This document shows, one piece after another, positions 29,930-37,986 of a stretch of DNA of 64,000 nucleotides. The translations under genes and the position numbers were made by a program. Source of the stretch: Pseudoxanthomonas sp. (GTDB lineage: Bacteria; Pseudomonadota; Gammaproteobacteria; Xanthomonadales; Xanthomonadaceae); contig JBDTPP010000001.1 in the NCBI GenBank assembly GCA_039932615.1, positions 4,854 through 68,853 of the forward strand, read 5' to 3'. Each line of letters starts with the position of its first letter. Position 1 is the stretch's first letter. The notes beneath the pieces were generated by a model. It was given only the letters and a program-made list of their open reading frames with translations, searched no databases and was not told the origin of the DNA.

Positions 29930-30968
29930 CGGTTGAAACCACGATGGGCACCGTGCACTCAAATTGGCCGGCCAGCGCCGCCATGGCGGGTACCAAGCGC
30001 CTGGAGGATCGGGAGGCGGAGAACGCGCTGCTGAAGGAGTTGCTGGCCTAACAGGTGGTCGCGAACGACGTGCTCAAGGACGCGCTGCGAAAATGCTGAG
30101 CGCACCGGCGCGGCGTGCCCTGGTGCGACAATGCAGGGACAGGGGTTGAGTGAACGCCGTGTGCTATGGGTGGTGAAGGTGCGTGCCGTCGCGCTGCGTT
30201 ACCTACCCCGAGCAGTTATCGACGTCGAACTGCGCATTCGCATCCTGGCGATGGTGCGGCGGCACAAGCATCATGGCGTGGGCATGATTACTGCAAACTT
30301 CGACAGGCAGGGCTGACCGTGAACCACAAGCCCGTGGAGCGGTATACCCCAAAGCGACGCTGCGGGTGCCGCGGCGCAAGCGGAACTAGGTTCTGGTCGG
30401 TAGGCGGCAGCCATTGCTGCAGCCAGACCCGGCCAGACAGGTGTGAAGGATTGACTTCGTAATTGACCGCACGGTGGAAGATCGGGTCATCAAGTGACTG
30501 ACGATCGTGGACGATGCCACGCCCTATGCGATGGCCATTGAAGTGGGGCGTGCCATGTCCGGCCAAGGCGTCAGCAGTGTCATTGGGCGGCTTGGATTCA
30601 GTGGCGGCCTGCCGTAGGTTATCCGACGGGACAACGGCAAGGAGTTCTGCGCCAAGGCGATGGTGATCTCGCATGCGCGCGGTGTGCGGTTGCGGTTGAT
30701 CAAGCCGGGCACGCCGGACCAGAACGCCTGCATCGGATCGCTCGATGGATTCATGCACGACAAGTGTCTCAGCGAGCACTGGTTCCCGAGACTGCCACAT
30801 GCCTGCAATGGGCTCGGGACGTGGCGCCGTGAATGCACCCAGGATCGACTGAACAAAACATTTGGCGGAATGACGCCGCCAGCCTATGCGCACCCGTTGG
30901 CGATCAAGGCAGATACCATCACAACCGAGCACTCCAACCCGACCGATACTGAAAGCGGGCGGAGGCCG
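29930..30968 (+). mobile_element. Decayed IS3-family (IS407-group-like) insertion sequence remnant
   Basis: OrfA remnant KRLEDREAENALLKELLA with a premature stop, degraded frameshift window GCGAAAATGCTGAGCGCACCG, OrfB fragments DNGKEF, LRLIKPGTPDQNACI, CLSEHWF and GGMTP; several stops and frameshifts; left end unclear. Confidence 0.85.
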
Positions 30969-31163
30969 TTGTTGGCATGTGCTTGTGAAAAGAACACCCG
31001 AATTGGGCTGGCTTGAAAGATCCGCCGGAAAACAGCTGGCCAGGAACAGTCATGCGTAGCCAGATATTCGTCATTGTTTGTCCGATTTACGACGGTAGTG
31101 GCGTTGTAACTTGGTGAGACCCGGACAAAGGCTCTCTACCCATTCCATCCAGAGGCACTTTTC

Positions 31164-31700
31164 ATGAGTCGATTCACACTTGTTTCCGCCGTGGGCGCGT
31201 CTGTTCTTGCCGTTGGCCTGACCCTCCTGCCCGCGGGTGCCGCACATGCCGCCGCCGACTTCAAGGGCATCAGCGCCACCAATTGCCAGCCGTTCCTGCC
31301 CACCACCTATGCGCAGGCTCTGTTCAAGGACAATGCGGTCTACAACCCGACCGACGTCAACCAGCGGGTCATCTGTCCCGTGGACAAGGATGCATTCACT
31401 GACTGGACTTCGGGCATGGTGACCTTGACAGCCTACATCAGGGCTGGCTCCAAACCCGGGAAAGTCGCCTGCACACTCTATGGCGGCGGCCCGTCCTTCG
31501 GAAGCGAGCAAGTTGCGTATACCGGTACCAGCTCGGTCGTTTCCCCCGGAAACAACGGCTCGGTTTCAATCACAGGCATCGTTGATCCCGCCGCCGGCTA
31601 CGTCATTGAGGGGTGGAATGTTCTTTGTACGTTGAATTCGGGCATGTCCCTCGGCGGATTCTTTTTCGGTGAAGATTTCGATACCGACGGAGACAACTGA
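31164..31700 (+). CDS. Hypothetical secreted 4-Cys protein, paralog of 28984..29523
   Basis: Signal peptide ending AAHA, KGISATNCQPFLPTTYA...EDFDTDGDN. Confidence 0.9.
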   Translation: MSRFTLVSAVGASVLAVGLTLLPAGAAHAAADFKGISATNCQPFLPTTYAQALFKDNAVYNPTDVNQRVICPVDKDAFTDWTSGMVTLTAYIRAGSKPGKVACTLYGGGPSFGSEQVAYTGTSSVVSPGNNGSVSITGIVDPAAGYVIEGWNVLCTLNSGMSLGGFFFGEDFDTDGDN

Positions 31701-31800
31701 TTACATTAGCCCCATGAACTCAGGGCATGGGAATTGATCGCGGCGGGCTCCACACTGTGGAGCCTGCCTTCACTTCCATTGCAAGACACTGGCAACCTAC

Positions 31801-32460
31801 ATGACCAAACCTTATCCGGCAGTTTTCTTCGCAGTCGCCCTGATCACTATCCTGGCGGTAACCTATGCGTCCAACCATGCCCGGTCCGGCGAGCTGGTCC
31901 GATCGGCATGGGGCGGCGGGTCGCAGGAAGAAACGAATGCCCGGTTGCTCAAGGCACAGAGCGATATCCTCGCCCGGCTTGATCGCCTGGAAGCGACCCG
32001 ATCCGGACAAGGCAACCCGCGTTCCCGGTCGGGCTGGAACCCTCAGTCAGGAAACTCAGTCAAATCAAACGGCGCTTTGAACATGACAGCCGCCGATTTA
32101 GCCGCCAAGCAGGCATCGGTGATGCAGTCGCTGGACAACAAGTTCGCCGATGAGCCCTTGACCGCAGCCTGGGCGATCAAGACCGAACACACGATCAGCT
32201 CGATCCTGTCCCCGAGCGCACTGGCCAAGGAACAGGCCACGGCCCCCAAATCCGTCGAATCAACCTGTCGCAGCCAGACCTGCAGGATTTCCATGCGCTT
32301 CGACGACGGAACGCAAGGGGATTTCACCCGAGGTATTTTCTTGCAGAGCATCGGCGAAAACCTGCCGAGTGCCAAGATCTTCCAGCAGCAGCAGGCGGAC
32401 GGGTCAGTCGGTTATGTGATCTATGCACAAACTGCGACTAGCGCAAACCCTCGCATCTAG
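31801..32460 (+). CDS. Hypothetical membrane-anchored protein, paralog of 28239..28883
   Basis: N-terminal TM, ILARLDRLE, EPLTAAWA, TCRSQTCRISM. Confidence 0.88.
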   Translation: MTKPYPAVFFAVALITILAVTYASNHARSGELVRSAWGGGSQEETNARLLKAQSDILARLDRLEATRSGQGNPRSRSGWNPQSGNSVKSNGALNMTAADLAAKQASVMQSLDNKFADEPLTAAWAIKTEHTISSILSPSALAKEQATAPKSVESTCRSQTCRISMRFDDGTQGDFTRGIFLQSIGENLPSAKIFQQQQADGSVGYVIYAQTATSANPRI

Positions 32461-32579
32461 GCGACACTTTTCCTGCGCGGCAATCCCTGTCCGCAGACCA
32501 TTGAATTTGTCCTCGCCCGGAGCGCACCGCGCATCCGGGTTCCTGATTCCTAGATTGCAGGCCGCGGAGCACCAGATAA

Positions 32580-33335
32580 GTGAATCGTACGATTTCGGAG
32601 CTGTTTGACAGATCAAATTATCCTATCGAAATGTTTGGCGGCCGCGACATCGGTGCAGGTCACCTGCGGGGTTGGGGTCTTGAGTACGGCGAGCTGTACG
32701 AGAAGCATCTGGCAGCCGATCCAATCTTTGCTGCAGCATTCAATGCCGCAAAGGATCGGGGTTCGCTGTTGACCCTGCACAAGCTGTGCAACCTGTACCT
32801 GATCATCCGATATGCGATGGCGGAAGATCACGGAGACATATTCGAGTTCGGAAGTTTCAGCGGCGGCTCGGCTGTGTTCATGGCTACCATCCTCAAGCAA
32901 CTTGGTCGAAAAGCCAGCGTGTTGGCATTCGACACGTTCGCGGGCATGCCGCCTACGGATGCCGTCAGGGACATGCACAGCGAAGGCGACTTCAACAAGA
33001 CCGGTTACGCAGAACTGCTGGAATACATCAGGTCCAAGGGCCTGGGTGCTCACCTGAGGACGGTCCAGGGAACTTTCGATGAAACCTTGCCTGGGGTGCT
33101 GGAAGACAACGGCACCATCGGCATGATCCATGTCGATTGCGACATCTACGAGCCAATAAAATTCGTCGTCCGTGCCTGCCTTCCCCATATGCCGGCGCAA
33201 ACCCATGTGGCCTTCGACGACCCTTTGCACGGTTCCTGTCTTGGCGCTTTCGACGCGGTACAAGAGCTGATGATCAGGGAACTGGACCTGACGGCCGAAC
33301 AGGCTTACCCACACCTGGTATTCCGTTCCCCCTAA
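32580..33335 (+). CDS. TylF/MycF/NovP-family sugar O-methyltransferase
   Basis: GDIFEFGSFSGGS, FDTFAGMP, GTFDETLP, IHVDCDIYEP. Confidence 0.88.
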   Translation: MNRTISELFDRSNYPIEMFGGRDIGAGHLRGWGLEYGELYEKHLAADPIFAAAFNAAKDRGSLLTLHKLCNLYLIIRYAMAEDHGDIFEFGSFSGGSAVFMATILKQLGRKASVLAFDTFAGMPPTDAVRDMHSEGDFNKTGYAELLEYIRSKGLGAHLRTVQGTFDETLPGVLEDNGTIGMIHVDCDIYEPIKFVVRACLPHMPAQTHVAFDDPLHGSCLGAFDAVQELMIRELDLTAEQAYPHLVFRSP

Positions 33336-33371
33336 GCGGGGCCGCCGCGCCGCGCCGCAGGGACCGGCGCT

Positions 33372-34250
33372 TCATCGAACCGCGATGAGCGTCCAAAGCC
33401 CGTACCACGCAGCGCTGTCGGCGGGTCGAGGCATGGTCATGCGAACCGAACTGAAACCCGCGGCTCGCGCCACCTGCAGGACATCCCATCCGAAGTGGTT
33501 GAAGCAAAGCACGCCGCCACTGATCGGGTCCCCATGGTATTCGGGTTCCAATATATGTTCGATTTCTCCGCCCGGTGTCACACGCGCCCGCAAAATGGTG
33601 TCCGCCCCATCGGTGAAGGGAAAAGTCGCCACCAGCGTGCCGCCTGGCTTTAGCACGCGCACGAATTCCCGTAACGCCTGCGTGTAGTCGGGCACGTGCT
33701 CGAGCACATCCAGGCTGAGGATGCCGTCGAAGGTGGAATCTGCGAAAGTCAACCGGGTGACATCTTCGAATTGGACCTTGCCATGGCCGCCAATCGACTG
33801 GAGATAGTCCGTCAACGTTTCCCGAGCCCCGGCGTCGGCGGCAAACTCGCTACCCTGGACGTTGCCGCCGAAATTGCGCTGCACCCAAACGTACGTTTCC
33901 GTCGCCTGCTCGGTGACGTAGATGTTTGGCATGGTTTGCGCATTGACCGCCTCGCGCAGCAGGGCTAGCGCCGTACGTACCCTGGCATTGCAACCACAGC
34001 GGGAACAAAGTATCTGCTCCCGTATGTTGGGCTGCATCGGATCGACTCCCTCCGGAACTTTCCAAAGCACTACCGCACGGCAGGCAAAGCAGCAGCCGGA
34101 TGCCCGGCTCCAATCGGTGGGCGTTTCCATCGATTGGCGGGCCCTGGCCCAACTTTCACGCACCTCGAGTGAAGAGTTTCTTTCGAGCCAGTCGCCACAC
34201 GAGAGTTCATTCATGCCAGGACATGCATCCATGTTGGGCTCCTGCTTCAC
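33372..34250 (-). CDS. SAM-dependent methyltransferase with N-terminal Cys cluster
   Basis: CCFAC...CSRC, DVTRLTFADSTFD, DVLEHV, RVLKPGG. Confidence 0.8.
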   Translation of the reverse strand: MKQEPNMDACPGMNELSCGDWLERNSSLEVRESWARARQSMETPTDWSRASGCCFACRAVVLWKVPEGVDPMQPNIREQILCSRCGCNARVRTALALLREAVNAQTMPNIYVTEQATETYVWVQRNFGGNVQGSEFAADAGARETLTDYLQSIGGHGKVQFEDVTRLTFADSTFDGILSLDVLEHVPDYTQALREFVRVLKPGGTLVATFPFTDGADTILRARVTPGGEIEHILEPEYHGDPISGGVLCFNHFGWDVLQVARAAGFSSVRMTMPRPADSAAWYGLWTLIAVR

Positions 34251-34972
34251 GCGCGTCGGACGATCAGAAACTGCGACCAGCGGGTCATCGACCAGAATGC
34301 CGCCTGCCTGGGAAAGGAGTCGTGGGAGTCCTTGAAGTTGGCCATCAGCTGCTCCTCTACCCAGGGCAGGCTGACGACGCCCTGCTGTTCGATCTGCAAC
34401 CCGTTTGCTTCGAATGCCTCGATCATGAGATCGCGGGCCGGAAGGCTCGAATGGGTCGAGTCGTCGTGGTACCTGGAGATGATCAGCGGCACGCCCTGCT
34501 GCAACAGCTCGTCACGGGAAGGCAAATCGACTGATGCCTCGGAAGGCCATTCGACATAGGCACGCCCGCCGCGGACCAGCTTGCGTCCGGCCCATGCGGC
34601 GAAGCTTGCAGGATCCGACACGTGCTCGATGAAATGCGCGCAAACGATCCCGTCGAACTGGAGGCCTCCAAACTCAGGAGGCGAAGCATTCCAGTCGCTG
34701 ATCTCGTAGCTTTCGAACCTGTCAAAGTGCTCGCCCTTCTCGAGTGAGTAGGCGTGCAGCCGAAGGTCTTTCCGAGCCGGATCCGGCCACGTTCTGAAGA
34801 CTGAAAGTGAGCCGTCGCCTGCGCCGATGTCCGCCACGCGCGCGTCAACCGGAAGCATTTTGAGGAACGCTGTCCTTGGATGGAACTGGAAATAGAGTTC
34901 CTGCGCAATGTGGCCCGACACGGCCGCCCTGCGATCGCGCGAGTACCACTCGACTATTTCTTCGGTCTTCAT
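34247..34972 (-). CDS. Class I SAM-dependent methyltransferase
   Basis: VADIGAGDG, FDGIVCAHFIEHV, LVRGG; ATGA/GTGA coupling on both sides. Confidence 0.82.
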   Translation of the reverse strand: MKTEEIVEWYSRDRRAAVSGHIAQELYFQFHPRTAFLKMLPVDARVADIGAGDGSLSVFRTWPDPARKDLRLHAYSLEKGEHFDRFESYEISDWNASPPEFGGLQFDGIVCAHFIEHVSDPASFAAWAGRKLVRGGRAYVEWPSEASVDLPSRDELLQQGVPLIISRYHDDSTHSSLPARDLMIEAFEANGLQIEQQGVVSLPWVEEQLMANFKDSHDSFPRQAAFWSMTRWSQFLIVRRA

Positions 34973-36252
34973 TGGAACCTCGATGTGCTATAGGCGGACA
35001 GCCAATCGAACGCTTGGCCAATTCCGGACTCGTCGACGAGAAGTCGATTTGTTACCCCCGCAAAGCGTCCTGCTTCCAGATCGCTTTCCTTGTCCCCGAG
35101 CACAAGCGATTCTGACAATGCGATCCCGTAGTTCGTCGCCGCTGTGAAGAACATGCCGGGATTCGGCTTTCGGGAGGGGCAGGCTCGTAGCAGGTCACCT
35201 TTCCCTGCAAGAGGGTGGTGTGGGCAATAGTGCGTGGCCAGCAGTGGCGCGCCGCGCGCAGCAAACTTTTCATGCATCCACTTGGTGTATTGCAGGAACT
35301 GCGCTTCGTCGTAGTACCCGCGTGCTATCCCTGCCTGGTTGGTGACCACGACCAGCAACAGCCCCGTTTCGCGGGCACGCCGGCAAAGGTCGAATATCCC
35401 AGGGACAAAATCCGTTTTTTCCTGCGTATGCACATAGCCATGGTTAACGTTGATAACGCCGTCCCTGTCCAGGAACAGCGCGCGTCTCTGACCACGGACA
35501 TTGGAAAGCATGTGTGCCGCGCCGGGATCGACGTAGAACTTGTGGCACCGGTTCAAGGCAAACCGTACCTGCGCATTCGCATAGTCATCCGGCACGCCTA
35601 TATCGATGAAGTCAGCGGTAGCTCTGCAAGCCGCTATCTTCCCGGCCGACACCATAGGCGCTATGAATTCCTGTTCAAGTGAGAATGCGGCCTTGCGCGG
35701 CAGCGCGGCGATGGCTTCTTCATCTAGAAAGTAGCATCCGGCATTGACCAAACCAGGTCCGCTACCTCCTTTCTCGGCAAACCCGTAGACCTTGTCCTCG
35801 CCAACCAGCACCGCGCCATAGCGCGAAACGTCGGGGACTTCCGCAAGCGCGATCGCCATCGGCGCGCCCGCAGCTTGCGCGGCTGCTTGCAGGACCGCCG
35901 GAACGAAACGCAGGTAGGTATCACCATTGATTACATGCACCGCGCGCCCGTGCAAGTGGCGGACCGCCTGGCCCACGGCCCCGCCCGTACCAAGCGGCTC
36001 CGATTCGACCGAATACGCAATCGACATGCCTTTCCAGGTCTGCCCCACGTAGGACTCTATCTGGCTCGAGAGGTAGCCGGTCGCCAGTATCGTGCGGCTG
36101 ATCCCGCTTGCGGCCAGCTCATCCAGCACCCAGGCAAGGAAAGGGCGCCCGGCGACGTCCGCCAAGGGTTTCGGTACGTCGCTTACGACTGATTGAAGGC
36201 GACTACCACGCCCGCCGGCAAGTACGATTGCCTCGTCCGCACTATCGTTCAT
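34969..36252 (-). CDS. Fused heptose-1-phosphate guanylyltransferase (HddC-like) and heptose-1,7-bisphosphate phosphatase (GmhB)
   Basis: N-half: AIVLAGGRGSRL, PKPLA, EPLGTGGA, FIDIGVP. C-half: ALFLDRDGVIN, VTNQAGIARG, CPHHP, RKPNPGM, GDKESD. Confidence 0.92.
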   Translation of the reverse strand: MNDSADEAIVLAGGRGSRLQSVVSDVPKPLADVAGRPFLAWVLDELAASGISRTILATGYLSSQIESYVGQTWKGMSIAYSVESEPLGTGGAVGQAVRHLHGRAVHVINGDTYLRFVPAVLQAAAQAAGAPMAIALAEVPDVSRYGAVLVGEDKVYGFAEKGGSGPGLVNAGCYFLDEEAIAALPRKAAFSLEQEFIAPMVSAGKIAACRATADFIDIGVPDDYANAQVRFALNRCHKFYVDPGAAHMLSNVRGQRRALFLDRDGVINVNHGYVHTQEKTDFVPGIFDLCRRARETGLLLVVVTNQAGIARGYYDEAQFLQYTKWMHEKFAARGAPLLATHYCPHHPLAGKGDLLRACPSRKPNPGMFFTAATNYGIALSESLVLGDKESDLEAGRFAGVTNRLLVDESGIGQAFDWLSAYSTSRFQ

Positions 36253-36364
36253 TGGAAGCAAATCCCACACCCTTTATCGAATTGTATCGCGCCGCGGAGG
36301 TCCGACTTCCTGCCAGCGGCATGCCGCACGGAGTGGCGTCCAGTCGCCCGTTCAAAGGCCGATT

Positions 36365-36961
36365 TCAGCCTTCAGCACTTCGTGGATACATCGCTGCCTC
36401 GATGAGCGCGCAGACGGTATGGCCTATGAACTCGTGACCCTCCTGGATGCGCGGCGTGTCGATGGACGGCACACGAAAGCAGACATCGCAGAGCTTCTGG
36501 AGATCGACGCCGCCCTCACCGCCTCCGGTGAAGCCCACGACCCCGATACCTTTCGATCGCGCGGCAGCGATTGCACGGAGTATGTTCGGCGAGCGTCCAG
36601 ACGTCGATATTGCGATCAGCACGTCGCCATTCTGTCCCAATGCCTCGACCTGCCGCGCGAACACGTAGTCGTAGCCGTAATCATTCCCGATCGCGGTGAG
36701 GATGCTGGTATCCGTGGTCAACGCGATCGCTGCCAGGCCTGGGCGATCGTAATAGAATCGGCTCACCAGTTCGCCCGCCCAATGCTGGGCGTCCGCTGCG
36801 CTTCCTCCGTTTCCGGCGAACATCAGGCGATGCCCCCCGCGTAACGCGTCGGTGCACAGATTAACGGCCGCCACGATGCCATCACTTATATCCGGCGATG
36901 CCGCCATCGCCTGGAAGTTGGCTATGGTTTTTGCAAGTTCCGCTGCGACTATTTCTTTCAT
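36365..36961 (-). CDS. gmhA: Sedoheptulose-7-phosphate isomerase
   Basis: GNGGSAADAQH, NDYGY..VFARQVEA, ISTSG, TPRIQEGH. Confidence 0.95.
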   Translation of the reverse strand: MKEIVAAELAKTIANFQAMAASPDISDGIVAAVNLCTDALRGGHRLMFAGNGGSAADAQHWAGELVSRFYYDRPGLAAIALTTDTSILTAIGNDYGYDYVFARQVEALGQNGDVLIAISTSGRSPNILRAIAAARSKGIGVVGFTGGGEGGVDLQKLCDVCFRVPSIDTPRIQEGHEFIGHTVCALIEAAMYPRSAEG

Positions 36962-37986
36962 GGCGTCCTCCATGCGACGGCACCTGTGGGGTTGAAATGG
37001 AAATCAAGCAATTTTCCGCCCTGGGCAGACAATGCACGTGAAAGGCGCATGCGCTCGGCCGGGTCGCAAACGAACATCATGAAGCCCCCGCCTCCGGCGC
37101 CCGTGACCTTCGTAGCCAGTGCGCCGTTCGCTACTGCGACGGCCTCGACGGCATCGATCATCGGGTTGGTTATGCTGTGCGCCATCCGCTTCTTGGCGAC
37201 CCACCCAGCCTGCAGCGTTCTGGCGAAAACGTCGAGCTTTCCCTTGAGCAGCGCTTCCTTCATCTGCAAGGCTTCTTCTTTCAACGCATGCATGGCATCC
37301 AATGGAATGGACGCTCCCAGCGAAGCATTCCTCGCCTGCTCGTCGATGATCCGGGCCGATTCTCGGGAAACACCCGTGAAGTACAGAACCAGTGATGCCT
37401 CGAGCTCTGATGCGACCCATTCCTTGATACGCAGCGGGTTGACGATCACTCGGTCATCGCAATGGAATTCCATGAAATTGAAGCCGCCGAACGCTGCTGC
37501 ATACTGATCTTGCTTGCCGCCGGATAGCGCGAGGTCCTTGCGCTCGATTTCATAGGAAAGATGCGCCACCTCGTACTCACCAAGCGCAAGATTGAAATAT
37601 TCGACCAGCGCCGTGACCAGGGCGACCACAAGCGTAGAGGAAGAGCCCAGACCAGATCCAGGGGGGGCATCGGCATAGGTCCGTATCCTGATCGGCGGTT
37701 GCACCCCTCCCAGGTAGTCGCGAACAATGCGCAGGTAGACCCCGACCAGCAATTGCAGACCCGGTTGGACATCGGCTATTTCGCCTGGCTTTCCGGTGTG
37801 CGAAACCTGATGGTCCAGGACGTGGAACTCCGCCATCCCGGTCGGCGAGGGGTCCACGATTGCGTACGCGTACTTGTCGATGGTCGCGTTCATTACGTAT
37901 CCGCCGTGCAGATCGCAATAAGGAGATACATCCGTCCCGCCGCCTGCGAGTCCAAGCCTGAGCGGCGCGCGAGCTCGTACGATCAT
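36958..37986 (-). CDS. hddA: D-glycero-alpha-D-manno-heptose-7-phosphate kinase (GHMP family)
   Basis: RAPLRLGLAGGGTD, PPGSGLGSSS, GGKQDQYAA, GAGGGGF. Confidence 0.92.
   Translation of the reverse strand: MIVRARAPLRLGLAGGGTDVSPYCDLHGGYVMNATIDKYAYAIVDPSPTGMAEFHVLDHQVSHTGKPGEIADVQPGLQLLVGVYLRIVRDYLGGVQPPIRIRTYADAPPGSGLGSSSTLVVALVTALVEYFNLALGEYEVAHLSYEIERKDLALSGGKQDQYAAAFGGFNFMEFHCDDRVIVNPLRIKEWVASELEASLVLYFTGVSRESARIIDEQARNASLGASIPLDAMHALKEEALQMKEALLKGKLDVFARTLQAGWVAKKRMAHSITNPMIDAVEAVAVANGALATKVTGAGGGGFMMFVCDPAERMRLSRALSAQGGKLLDFHFNPTGAVAWRTP

Noticed and set aside
30288-30932. 214-aa minus-strand ORF
   Set aside because: Antisense of the IS3 OrfB remnant.
28239-32460. Invertible (phase-variable) segment or composite transposon
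   Set aside because: There is no recombinase and only one dead IS; the inverted paralogs share only short identical blocks, and inversion would not obviously switch expression.
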